64,000 nucleotides of DNA from NCBI GenBank assembly GCA_022605425.2, contig JAKIMF020000001.1, forward strand, positions 1,426,001-1,490,000, given 5' to 3'. The notes under the pieces are model-generated. The model saw nothing but the letters and a program-made list of their open reading frames with translations. It did no database searches and had not been told where the DNA came from. Every line of letters begins with the position of its first letter. Position 1 is the stretch's first letter. Source of the stretch: Hamiltosporidium tvaerminnensis FI-OER-3-3. Its lineage: Eukaryota; Fungi; Microsporidia. A program made the translations under genes and the position numbers. Positions 48,801-60,869 of this stretch are shown piece by piece.

Positions 48801-49685
48801 CTATGTTTTCCTTCCAAGCGGATCTAGACTTCTCTTTACGTGTTGCCTCGTCATAGCATACCTGCGCGGCTTGTATGATATACGCGGCTTCCGTAATTGA
48901 CTCAGGTACATTAGCTCCGGCATATTCACCCACTACTCGATAAATGAGATCCAGAACTTTACTATCAATCAATTCATTTGGATGTTTTCTAGTTCGGACC
49001 ACCACTTTTCCAATTTCGTTCTCCGAGATTTCTTTGATTTTGCTCAAGAATTTATCTCTCAGGTTTATGAACTCCGTGGTGTCGGTCAAGGTGCATGTAT
49101 CAGCGAGACAAGTGGCGATTCTACGTCGCTTTCCATTCTCTTCTGATTTTACTTCCTTTCCCAGCTCACTTTGTGCCAATTTTTTTAACACTTCGAGAGT
49201 TTCAGTGCAGCCGAATTTCTCATTATAGTACTTGTGAAGCTCTGTCCAGCCATTTCTTGGCATTCTTTCAAACCTTTTCTGTACTGCAAAAAAAACAATT
49301 AGAGGCTATTCCTTCGGGTCGGCTGTTACGGAATCGAATATCGTCCGCAACGCCATTAGCCTGTTACCTTCCGGAATAGCTAGAGTACAGGGGCTTGTCA
49401 TGTCGTACGATGGCTCGCACGCAGGGACTTCAACTGAAGAGGTAACTGGTGCATTAGGCGAAGGTAAGGGGTCAAGCCCATTATTTTGCATTTTACTGCA
49501 TGTTTGGCTTGGTGGTGGAGGTGTTATTGTTGTGTAGGAGGAGGAAGGTAAGGAAATCGCCGGTGGGTGTAGCTAACATTTTTGTATCCCATATCGCTTT
49601 TCTTTACCTCATCAGCGTCGTTTGCAGCCTTTATTTTGGTATTTTTCGATACTTCGCTGCTAACATTAGCCTTTCTACCCATTTA
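45889..49685 (-). mobile_element. Full-length but frameshifted R4-like non-LTR retrotransposon (second subfamily)
   Basis: Collinear ORF pieces cover the whole polyprotein; starts at ATG 49682 (MGRKANVSSE..KIKAAN); poly(A) at 45889-45896. Confidence 0.93.
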
Positions 49686-52262
49686 ATAATTTACTACAAT
49701 AATTAAGCAATTTAAAAATGATTAAAATATAGAGTTTTATATATAAAATGTTTTTAAAATTTATTATAAAGTCTAAATAATATATGAGTATAGGTCTTAA
49801 ACATAATAGTGACCTAAAATTTTTTTTAAAAACGGTCGCTGACTAAAGTGTGTATATTAGAACTTGAAACTCGAAATTAATTGTTTAAATATGTTTTTTT
49901 GCGTTCTGGTGTTCTTTCTTTATTTCTAAACCCAATTAAATTAGAATTTTCGATTTTTTAATTTTGCTTTTAAATCTAATTTTTTATATCTAAGATTTTT
50001 TTTAGATTCTATTTTTTTTTCATTCTAGAAAATTCTAAATAAATTATAAAACAATTCGATTTTCACGAGAGATCTTCTTTTTATTTACTCTTTTACAGTT
50101 TTTTTTTCATTTTATATATTGTTAGAATTAGTAAATATTATTTTAACTAAAAACCAGCAAAAACAAATATAAATTTTTCAAGCAGTTATTTACCGCTTAA
50201 ATTATAATTTTAAATTTACATTGATACTACGAAATTTTATTTAAAAAAAGAAAATATCAGTTTAAACTGACACAACCATCAACTTATAATCATTCTTCTA
50301 AATCATTTAAATATTTTTTTGGGTTTCAATGGAGTAAGCGAATATAGAATTTCAATATAGTTTTACGCGTTTAATTAATAAAAGTACTGTTTCATTAAGA
50401 TTATAGATTTTTTTCATAAATTTTTACATGTACGTTTTCTAGATAAACCACCCTGTTATTTAAACTACGTTTGTTAAATCGATTTAAATTTTTTGAAAAA
50501 TTGAAAAAGATAATTCATACATTATATAAGCTTTAAGTTAATTTAATTAAGAAATGCGAACTCTATTAATGATATTTTTGTAATCTAAATCAAGATTAAA
50601 AACGAATTCTATAGCAGTGAAAATATTTTTAATAGTAGAATATAATTTTAAAGTATAATTTAATAAGTAAAATTCTACATTGATTTTTACATATTTTAAT
50701 TGCTTATTTGTATATTGCTCTCATATTAATAGCATATATTATAACGTAGATTTATATCATTCCTTGATGTAAAAATCTATTTACAGTAAAAATAAAAAAA
50801 TAAAGATAAATACATAATCTAGTGTTGTAAAAAGATTAAAGAATGAATATTTGTTTATTGAAGCTCGTTGATTGTTTTACGTTTTCATTCCTTCTAGAGG
50901 CAAAATAAACAATTATTTGAAAGCTTTTAGGAATTATTTAGAACTGGGTTTAGGACACATGCAATCGGTCTAGATTTGTTTTGAGCACACCCCGCAAAAA
51001 ATCATCGGACTATATCATTTTTATTCAAGATCATTATTCATCCTTTAAGTTACAAATTTAAAAGTCTTAAAAATTTAAGATATTTAAGAAATTTAAGAAT
51101 AAAAAACAATAATATGGAGCTGAGTATGAATTATTTTGAAAAATTCTACTAGAATGCATAAAATTATAATTTAAATATAAAATATTCAGAGAGGACACCA
51201 ATTCGCTAGTAATAAGAAAATATCCCTATCATTTTTTTAAAATATTCATTTTTTTGTATCAATGGCTTCAAATGTTTAGAAAACTGTATATGTCGTCTCT
51301 ATGTATAGGATTATTAAAGCGTCACCTATTATGTTTGAAAAGTGAACTTTAAAACGAATATATTAATGTCCAATGGTTATAATATCAACTTTACTCTGAG
51401 AGACCTTGTTTTATTACCGATACAAAATACTAAATTTCTGCTTATATCGAAAAAAGGCTATGATATAAGCCGTTACAACATATTCTACAAAAAATTAATG
51501 CAAAAAAGTTTGCAGAAAATTAAGATACGATGTTCTTTAATCATACATTAGTATTATTTAATTATTTCCACCTTTTACACGTATGTTATACAATATCTGA
51601 CCAGATACAAAGATTCATCTAAAATCATCGATTTATTGCATATTAAGATTACTTTGAAACCACGTTATACTTGTTTTGAATAAAAGTAAAAGGTTTCCGA
51701 AAATATGAATTAAAAAGCGAACGTAGCCAAATCTATAAGTTATACTATTTAAAATCTAAACAAACTTATATGTTCATATGGTTTTATTTCCATTGTTTTT
51801 TAAGGAATAAAACCCAGTTAATTTATAAGGTATTGCCAATTTCAAAAAAAATATTGTTATTTTCTCTTTTGTAAAATATTAGGAATCTTTCATGATTAAG
51901 GATTATAGTATGGGTAAATCGAGCAATGTTTGTACATAATTGATTTAAAATTATGACATAGTTTTTAGATAGACTACCTGCATCTATAATTTTTGTAATA
52001 TCTCTTCAATAATTTCATTATATATCTTTTTATACTAGAAAATATTTGGAAAAAGGTTTATACAGCCAAGTTCCTAATTGTCCAATACTATTTTTGTTCA
52101 TTCAATGTGTAAAATAATGTTGATGTATCTCACATATCTGTATCAATTATGAATAACCACACTTACATATTACTTGAACTATTTTTTTTCGATTAAAATT
52201 TTAAAGTAACCGAAATTTTAGAAAATGAAATTCAAATTTATATTTAAATTTTATCAGTTTTC

Positions 52263-52333
52263 GCATTGATAGTATAGTGGTAGTACATTAGCTTCCCAAG
52301 CTAACGGTCCGGGTTCAATTCCCGGTCAATGCA
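52263..52333 (+). tRNA. tRNA-Gly (anticodon CCC)
   Basis: Acceptor GCATTGA/TCAATGC-A; D-arm AGTGGTA; anticodon arm TTAGC-TTCCCAA-GCTAA; T-loop GGTTCAATTCC; oligo-T terminator follows. Confidence 0.96.
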
Positions 52334-52706
52334 TTTTTTTTATCAATTATATGATTGATTTTATAAGACAGAATTTTAATGTTAAAAGATAAAAGTTAAA
52401 TAGAAAAAAATTTTACACGTTAAATAATTTTATAATAATATTAAGAAACTTTTAAAACTAAATTAAATTTGATTTTTTGTCACTTTTTCCACCTCGATAT
52501 GTGGTAAATTTGGCATTGAATATAATATAAGATCAGGGAAATTTAAATTATGACAGCCTCTAATATATTTTATATATAATTGTATAAGATGTTTCAATTC
52601 GTAATCCATCATGAGATACAATGAAATGTGAGCAACTTTTTGCAAATCTTAATATATTTGCTTTTTTTTAAATAATTTATATCTATTCTATACGCATCGA
52701 GAAAAA

Positions 52707-53066
52707 TTAAAAATCAAAAATATTCTCAAATATTGAATCTATTTCTGTGGTGTTTATCTTAGAAAAGTCAAACGTTTCTACTAAATATTTAAATCTAGCA
52801 GCCAAACCCATGCATACAAGTGAAAGACTTATAAAATGCCCGATTTCTATATTAGAACTTCCTAATAAATATATATCTTGAGATAACACTTGAATAATAT
52901 ATTTATCTTTTGTATTTGGTGTTTCTTTAAACTTTTTAATGAATCGTTTTAAATTATTCAATTTTCTAAATAAAAATGTATTTTTATGTCTATTTTTTGA
53001 TTTATATATGACTTTTGACAAAATTTTATATTCAGTTTCTAAAGTACTATTAATATTTGAATTCAT
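52707..53066 (-). CDS. RNase MRP protein Rmp1/NEPRO-like (DUF4477) protein
   Basis: EYKILSKVIYKSKNRHKNTFLFRKLNNLKR and GHFISLSLVCMGLAARF resemble the Rmp1 N-domain; CCCC motif upstream. Confidence 0.6.
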   Translation of the reverse strand: MNSNINSTLETEYKILSKVIYKSKNRHKNTFLFRKLNNLKRFIKKFKETPNTKDKYIIQVLSQDIYLLGSSNIEIGHFISLSLVCMGLAARFKYLVETFDFSKINTTEIDSIFENIFDF

Positions 53067-53144
53067 TGAAGGGGTTTTACAATATATATAAAAACGAAAA
53101 CGAATAAATTTTTTAAAAATTATATTTTTTAAGTCCCATTTTTA

Positions 53145-54461
53145 ATGGTAGATGCAGCAACAGTTTTTGCTAAAAATTTAGATGAAGAATATATTGAAGA
53201 AAATACAGTTAGAATACAAAAACATTCTAATGTATTTTATAATCCTGCACAAAGTTTCAATAGAGATATTTCAATAGAAGTAATAAAAAACTTTACTAAA
53301 AATATAGAATCACCAAAAATATTTGAAGCCATGTCCGCCACTGGTCTTAGGGGTCTAAGATATGCTAAAGAATTAAAAAACGACTCCAAAATCTATATGT
53401 GTGATATTGATAGAAACGCTATAAATTCAATTCAAGAAAATATAAATTTCAATAAAATTGATCTAAATAAAATAGAATTAATTGAAGGAGATTGCAGAAA
53501 AATTATGATTTCAAAACCTGATTACTTTGATGTTGTGGATATCGATCCATTTGGCAGTTGTACCCCTTTTATAGAAAGTGCTATAATTTCAATTAAAAAC
53601 AATGGATTATTGTGTCTCACATCAACTGACATAGCAATAATATCAAATAATCCTTTAAAATGTTATATGAAATATAATACCGTTACATATAAAACGCCTG
53701 CTTTTCATGAATTGGCACTTAGAACCTTGCTTTCAGTTGCAAATAGAATAGCTTCTAAACATAGTATAACCATTGAACCACTTTTATCAGTTTCTGTGGA
53801 TTTTTATATCAGAATTTTTTTAAGAATAAAGAAAAGTAATCACAAGACACGCGAAAACATTTTGAAAATTTCAAATTATTTTCTCTGTCACTGTTTTAAT
53901 TATTTGGAAGTCCCTTTATTTAATAAATCAGATAAATTTCGCAGTAAAAAAGTACCAAACAATATTTGTAATATTTGTGGTTCAGTATTTAATTTGGCTG
54001 GGCCATATTGGAATTCAAATCTTCACGACAAAATATTTGTTGATGAAATGTTAAAAAAGATAAATGAAAATTCATTAAACGAAAAAAGAATGATTGGATT
54101 TTTAAGATTTATTAGTCAAGAAATAGATACATTTTTATATTATTCAATACCTGCAATATCATCATATATAAAAACATCATGTGTTCCTTTATCTAAAATA
54201 ATATCTGCTTTATTCAATTTAAATTATGAAGTTTCGCTTACGCATTGTTCATTGAAATCTATCAAAACAAATGCTCCTTTAGATATCATTTATAATATAT
54301 TTTTGAAATATTTCAACATTAATCGTGATTATATTAATTTAATTAATACCCTGGAAATATCATTTGAAGAAAATAAAAAAACTAATGAATTGATAACCAA
54401 GAATTATTATAAAAAATTGTTTTATAGTAATCTAGGACCACTTTCTAAACCAAAAAATTAA
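53145..54461 (+). CDS. TRM1: tRNA (guanine-26-N2,N2)-dimethyltransferase
   Basis: VFYNPAQSFNRDISI, EAMSATGLRGLRY, FDVVDIDPFGS, GLLCLTSTD, PLLSVSVDFYIRIF, KTNAP. Confidence 0.96.
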   Translation: MVDAATVFAKNLDEEYIEENTVRIQKHSNVFYNPAQSFNRDISIEVIKNFTKNIESPKIFEAMSATGLRGLRYAKELKNDSKIYMCDIDRNAINSIQENINFNKIDLNKIELIEGDCRKIMISKPDYFDVVDIDPFGSCTPFIESAIISIKNNGLLCLTSTDIAIISNNPLKCYMKYNTVTYKTPAFHELALRTLLSVANRIASKHSITIEPLLSVSVDFYIRIFLRIKKSNHKTRENILKISNYFLCHCFNYLEVPLFNKSDKFRSKKVPNNICNICGSVFNLAGPYWNSNLHDKIFVDEMLKKINENSLNEKRMIGFLRFISQEIDTFLYYSIPAISSYIKTSCVPLSKIISALFNLNYEVSLTHCSLKSIKTNAPLDIIYNIFLKYFNINRDYINLINTLEISFEENKKTNELITKNYYKKLFYSNLGPLSKPKN

Positions 54462-55434
54462 AAAGTATTTTATTAATCCTTTTCTATTGAATTCTTGATA
54501 AATTTAATTTCTTTCCTAATTCTTACATTTATAGTTTAGCAGCAAAAAAATATTGCGGTGTTTTAAGCAATGAAAGTAATTCTTTAAAAGTTTTTTTTTA
54601 ATATCTTCTTGCATCTAAATTCTATCTATACACTTAATCATTAGCAGATTATAATCATTAATTACATTCATAAAATATTATCTCTTCTACACACTTAAAG
54701 GATAAAATACTCTTAAAAAAATTTAAAATAGGCAAATTAAATATCAAAATACAATGATTTTATTTAGATTCACACTTTACATTTCTAAATTTTCTATATT
54801 GAATATAACTTATATGTAATAGAATATAGTGTAATACCCAATAAAAAGAAATAAATTACCACAATTAAACAATAATAATAAAATTTAACTAAAATACACG
54901 TTTAAAAATAAGATGATTTTTATGATAAATTTAATGACAAATATTTTGGAAATATGAAAATTAAAAGATATGAAACCAAAAAATGATGGTTTAAAATAAA
55001 TTTAATATAAAAATAGAAATACAGATAAATTTTTATAAACCACAAGAAATATTTAAAACTAAATATATTTTACTGATAAAAACACAATATAAATGGTTAC
55101 AGGCTTAGATAAATATCAACATACAAATGACTATATATTACTTCAACCTAGTATTTAGTAATTATTTTGTCTTTCTTTTCCTCAATAAAATCATTGTTTT
55201 CTTATCTTCTTTCATGTTTTTTTAAATTTCAAATAAAAAATTTATCTTTCTTTTCCTAAAAAAATATAATTTTTTCTTGTAACTTCATTGATATTCTTAA
55301 AGAAAAATTATTTTTTCTTAGATAATTTTTGAATTCAAAACCAAAAAACATTCATTTATTTTTCTATGTTTGTTGAATATCTGAATTCCTAGAAAATAAA
55401 AAATATATTAAATCGATAAGCTGCCCTTCTCAAA

Positions 55435-56889
55435 ATGTTTAAAAACTTATTTGAAAATGAAATATTGGAACCAAGACTTACATATAGAAAAATCACGGGA
55501 GTAAACGGTCCTTTGGTGATTTTAGATGGCATTAATTATTTAAAATATGCTGAAATGGTAAATCTTACTCTTCCTGACGGTACAGTGAGATGCGGCCAAG
55601 TTTTGGAGGTTTCTGGAAAAAAGGCCGTCGTACAGGTATTTGAAGGAACAAGTGGTATTGACGTTAAAAGAACACAGGTAACATTTACAGGCGATACACT
55701 TAAACTACCTGTTTCTGAAGACATGCTTGGGCGTGTTTTTAATGGAAGTGGAAAAGTTATAGATGGGGGACCAGATATTATCCCTAGTCAGATTTTGGAC
55801 ATACAAGGACAACCTATAAATCCACAGTGTAGAATTTATCCCGAGGAAATGATACAAACAGGTATTTCTGCTATCGATGTTATGAATACCATCGCTCGCG
55901 GTCAAAAAGTGCCTATTTTTAGTGCTTCAGGTTTGCCACATAATGAAGTCGCAGCACAAATTTGTAGACAGGCCGGTCTCGTTAAAAAAAAAGGTGTTAT
56001 TGATTCAAGTGAGGAAAATTTTGCTATCGTTTTTGCTGCCATGGGAGTGAATTTAGAAACCGCTAAATTTTTTGAAACAAGTTTTAAAGAAACCGGTTCT
56101 TTTGAAAGAACGGTTTTATTTTTAAATCTGGCCAACGATCCAACAATAGAAAGAATTATAACTCCTAGATTGGCACTTACAACAGCGGAATATCTCGCAT
56201 ATGAAACTGAAAAACATGTTCTTGTAATTATGACTGATATGAGTTCATACGCAGATGCTTTGAGAGAAGTAGGAGCTGCTAGAGAAGAAATACCTGGTAG
56301 AAGAGGGTACCCTGGTTATATGTACACAGATCTAAGTACTTTATATGAAAGAGCTGGTAGAATTGAAGGTAAAAACGGATCAATAACTCAAATACCGATA
56401 CTTACTATGCCTAATGATGATATAACACATCCAATTCCAGATTTGACAGGTTATATTACAGAAGGACAAATATATATCGATAGACAGTTACATAACAGAC
56501 AGGTATATCCACCTATAAATGTTTTACCATCACTTTCAAGACTGATGAAAAGTGCTATCGGAGAAGGTATGACAAGAAAAGACCATGGAGATGTTTCTAA
56601 CCAACTTTATGCCAAATATGCTATTGGAAAGGATGCCCAGGCAATGAAGGCAGTAGTAGGAGAAGAATCCTTGAGTAATGAAGATAAAATATCAATCGAA
56701 TTTTTAGAAAGATTTGAAAAAGAATTTATTGGCCAGGGACATAATGAATCTAGAACGATTGAAGAATCGCTTGATTTGGCTTGGAGTCTTTTAAAAATAT
56801 TTCCAAGAGAGATGCTTAATAGAATACCTTCAGCTATTCTTGATGAGTACCATTCTAAACCTGTTAACACTGACATGACTGAAGAATAA
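55435..56889 (+). CDS. VMA2: V-type ATPase subunit B
   Basis: [67 protein letters not shown]. Confidence 0.98.
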   Translation: MFKNLFENEILEPRLTYRKITGVNGPLVILDGINYLKYAEMVNLTLPDGTVRCGQVLEVSGKKAVVQVFEGTSGIDVKRTQVTFTGDTLKLPVSEDMLGRVFNGSGKVIDGGPDIIPSQILDIQGQPINPQCRIYPEEMIQTGISAIDVMNTIARGQKVPIFSASGLPHNEVAAQICRQAGLVKKKGVIDSSEENFAIVFAAMGVNLETAKFFETSFKETGSFERTVLFLNLANDPTIERIITPRLALTTAEYLAYETEKHVLVIMTDMSSYADALREVGAAREEIPGRRGYPGYMYTDLSTLYERAGRIEGKNGSITQIPILTMPNDDITHPIPDLTGYITEGQIYIDRQLHNRQVYPPINVLPSLSRLMKSAIGEGMTRKDHGDVSNQLYAKYAIGKDAQAMKAVVGEESLSNEDKISIEFLERFEKEFIGQGHNESRTIEESLDLAWSLLKIFPREMLNRIPSAILDEYHSKPVNTDMTEE

Positions 56890-57148
56890 ATGTTTTAAAA
56901 ATATTTTATTTTTAATTTTAGTAAATGATTCTGAATCTTTTAGAAGTAAAATGACTGAAGAATAAATGTTTTAAAAATATTTTATTTTTAATTTTAGTAA
57001 ATGATTCTGAATCTTTTAGAAGTAAAATGACCAAATAATAAATGTTTTAAAAATATTTTATTTTTAATTTTAGTAAATGATTCTGAATCTTTTAGAAGTA
57101 AAATGACCAAATAATAAATGTTTTAAAAATATTTTATTTTTAATTTTA
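56875..57148 (+). repeat. 76-bp tandem repeat, ~3.6 copies, beginning in the last codons of VMA2
   Basis: Units start at 56875, 56951, 57027 and 57103. Confidence 0.95.
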
Positions 57149-57199
57149 TTTTCTAAAATTATTAAAACATAATAAACTGAAGAATTTTTTTAGAAAAAA

Positions 57200-58900
57200 T
57201 TGCATTTTAAATTATAAAGTTACGTTCGGTTTGATTTCTTTTAATAACTTTCTTAATGTTTGAGTAATTTTATTTATAAGGAAGATTTTAAAGTTAAAAA
57301 TATGTCTATCATCTTCAAAAGATTTTTGAAGTTGATTTGAATATATATGATATGAAACCAACATATATATTTTAACCTTTGAATTTTCTAGAAATAAATA
57401 AAGTAATACCAGTATAAATAGAAGTAATTCAAATGAAGGAAATGATTCCGAACCCTTCATGTATTGATAAAAGACAATATTAAATTAACTGTAAGATAGA
57501 AAGATAAATCAAATATATTTTAGAGAAAGAAAGCGCTTATTTTGAATATATATGACAAAATAAAAAAAATATACGTAAGATATGTTTAGATATTTTTCTA
57601 GATGCTTAATGATAGAACATCTGACTACGTGAGAAAACTGTCTTCTGTACATTCAAGATATAAATTTTCTTTTTGAATGCAGAAGAAAAGTGTCAATATA
57701 ATGGGAACTTTGGATCCATCTTAGAGGCATTAAACGACCTTTATCAGAAAAATACTCAGAAGAAAACAATAGTATATTTCACATTGAAACAGGTTTTAAA
57801 TCTACATCTATTTGTTGTACTGACTTATTCTATCCCTCTTTTACTTCTCAGTGTCAAGGATGAACAAATCAAATTTTATCATTTAATCAGTTTTACTCGA
57901 GATTATAGAGGATTGGCCTATAGATCCTTGTGTGGTTTATATCTCGCTGAAATAGCAGCAATGATTTTCACAGGATTTTTACACGCTCATTTTTAAACAA
58001 ATAGGTTTTTATTGTAGTGATCCTCTCTCTCCACTCTTCTTGTTCTAAATAAATATAAATTAAACTTTTGAAATAAGTAAGCCAAAATAAAAATACATGT
58101 AAGAAAACCGAGCTCCAAAAAAGGAAAAATAGACGTGGTATTTTATTTTATATATAAAGATTTTGATGCGACACTTATTAAACATAAAATTTCTCTACGT
58201 TATTCCTTTGTAATGATTTTACCTTAAAAACCAAGGAAATGCGATTTTTAGCAAATGGATCAGATGTTTATAGTATATATGATATATTAATGTTTCCTTA
58301 TACGTTGACTTGAATAAATTGTAACGAAATAGTATATGATGTGGTTTTAACTTACAAATACATGTAAGAACATATGCATGTATTAAATCTATAATATTCA
58401 AAAGCACGAATAAAACATTTCTTTGGTTTTAAAATGAGGTAGTATGTAGTATCGAGATCTGGAGCATTTAAATGCCAGAAAAGCGATCTTTGTTTTCTAG
58501 AAATATTAAGAACACTTCCAATACACTAAATGATGTGAATATTGAAAGAAGATAAATGGCAAACAAATATAATGATTATAGATGCTCAACATTGTATATC
58601 AAAGAAAAACAATAAAGTGTCTCAAAATATACAGATTCATTTGAATATAAGAACTTTGGTAAATAAAATAGAGTAATAGCCTACTATGGAATCCTCCACA
58701 AAAATAACTTTCCACAATAGAATGATTTCTAATTTATATTCTATCGAATTCTGCTTAATCCAATGCTTTTATGATATACAAAACTTTTTTTAATTTTGAA
58801 TTATATTAGAATGAAAGAAATCCAAAAAAATCTGTTTATTTACTGAAACTTTCCAATAATACCGATTCCTTCCCCAGTAGGTTTTCCATTATACTTTAAT
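57200..58900 (-). pseudogene. Decayed multigene-family copy (likely same class as 15600-18150)
   Basis: Broken minus-strand ORFs 58219-58407 and 57212-57460 with similar composition (FELLLFILVLLYLFL). Confidence 0.4.
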
Positions 58901-59139
58901 TTAAAAAAAAAATATATTGAATTTGCATGATTGAAAAATTAGCTTAAAAATTTAAACAGTGCATTGCTTATTTAAATGTATCGGTGTTCAAATATTTTTT
59001 TTTTAATTCGGTTTCATATAAATCATAATTAGTAGTTTTTTTAGAATTTCATGGTTGATTTTTTTAAAAAATTCATACAAATACTTTTAATAGCCTATTT
59101 TTTCAAAAAATGGCCTATGATATTGTTTTAAAAATATTT

Positions 59140-59780
59140 ATCTGTTAAGTTTTGGGCATAGATAACTCTTTCCTATCACATCATGGGTATTCTTTAAATA
59201 GATACATCTCAAAGCTTTTTATATAAGAGGTCTATAGAAGCCTTACATGAGCGGAAAGTTACTTAGTATTTAGTAATGAATTTTGCCTAGTATGCGCTTT
59301 TGGTGGAAATCCTCTCGCAAACCAGAAGATATACCCCAAATCCACATATTTGGGCCTAATATATTTCCGGCTAGGATGTAGATTATACAGTTATATTAGT
59401 TCGCCTGGATTTTGCAATGTCATACTATCAAGTATAGCCCAGTTCTTAGATTTTCCAAGTTTTAAAGTGTTTATCTTTATATATTCCTGGCGCTACGTCT
59501 GTTAAACCGAGTAAGAAAGAATAGGATTCCATTTTATGCATATAATTCCATAATTTTAATCGTAAAGTCTGAATATAGATCCATAAAAAAACAAAGTAAT
59601 TAGAAAAAAAAAAGTTTTTTATTTTGGAACTTTTTTTCGCTTGTAATACACTTTCCCATGAAGAAAACCGAAATTTGGTGTGAATTTCATGGCACCAAGA
59701 ATCCGAAGATTATTCTTACCAATTTTTCAACATAATAACGATGCTGACGATTTTTACTCTGGTTATTTTCTCTCCACCAT
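59140..59780 (+). repeat. Dispersed repeat family Y, copy C (more diverged)
   Basis: TACATCTCAAAGCTTT, TATATTCCTGGCGCTA..AACCGAGTAAGAAAG, CACCAAGAAT and CTGGTTATTTTCTCTCCACCA are collinear with copy B. Confidence 0.7.
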
Positions 59781-59822
59781 GGTCTAAATTTTCAAAGCTA
59801 AGGTTTTTATAAATTTTCCACA

Positions 59823-60048
59823 ATGCCGGGTGCAGAATTGGCTTGGAGTATTCTCTGCATGTCGGAAAAGGTGACTCAAAGAAACAGGTCCTCCGGGTTG
59901 GGCTAGGGCCAGCAACCTACCCTTTAATTTACCTTCTTACGAAACCATAAAATTTAAACAAATCCACTGGAAAGAGACCGATAGGTGGTATTATTAAGAG
60001 AGGCTAAGGCTTGTACATGGCTGTAGTGCCAAAGATGAATGAATGAAT
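59823..60048 (+). mobile_element. RTE-derived short non-autonomous element (SINE-like), copy 2
   Basis: ATGCCGGGTGCAGAATTGGCTTGGAGTATTCTCTGC...GGCTGTAGTGCCAAA followed by a (TGAA)3 tail; homologous to 25832-26053. Confidence 0.8.
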
Positions 60049-60869
60049 TATATATTTCGAAATATATTTTTTCTGGTATTTTAATCATACTTTTATGTCA
60101 AATTAAACTATTTAAATCTAAAACGATTTATGTTTATTAATTAAAATTGTCGTTAGTCTTTACCATTAATAATTATTTTTCTCCATTCGAACATATTATA
60201 ACAAATAAATCATCTTTTTTCATTCATTACTCTGTTAAAAACCAAAATTTTTTATTTCTTCGCGAAATATGTACGCTGGTTATTCGATACAGTTATTTTA
60301 GATAAACTTACTACAAAAATGCCTGGATGAGATGAGCAGCCAAATTTTTTAATTTTCAATGTTTGTTGTCGATCAATCAATTTTTTTGGTGTTTAGACTA
60401 TGTAACTAAAGATATGTAGGTCTTTAAAAGCACTATTATATTTTTTATATTTTACGATTAAGTTTATGATTGATAAATATATTCTTTCAGGCAAAATATA
60501 ATTTCTATTTTCTAGTTAGAATGAAAGCATCTGAGGGAGTTGATTTGAATTTGTTAGGATAAAACAATTACTATACACTAAGAGCAAAATAAATCTTTCG
60601 AAGAGAAAATTGTAAAATAACTATAAAACGGAGTTTATAAAAATATAGGAAATTATTTTAATTCTATGGTTATTACTTTTGATATTTTTTATTCAAACTG
60701 TAAATAATTTAAGTACTCTATATTTAGAGGATTATTATGAATAAAAGGCATATATAGAGCTTAAAAAATATTTCAAAAATCAGTTTTAATTCGAATTTTT
60801 TTTCTTGATACATCGAATGATTTAGTTAGCCAAATCGCAATACCGATATTAAGAATACCATTATTATTT

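Noticed and set aside
45860-49710. TSD for the second full-length R4 copy
   Set aside because: No convincing direct repeat between the two flanks.
56875-57148. CRISPR-like array
   Set aside because: Units are contiguous tandem copies with no unique spacers; eukaryotic context, no cas genes.
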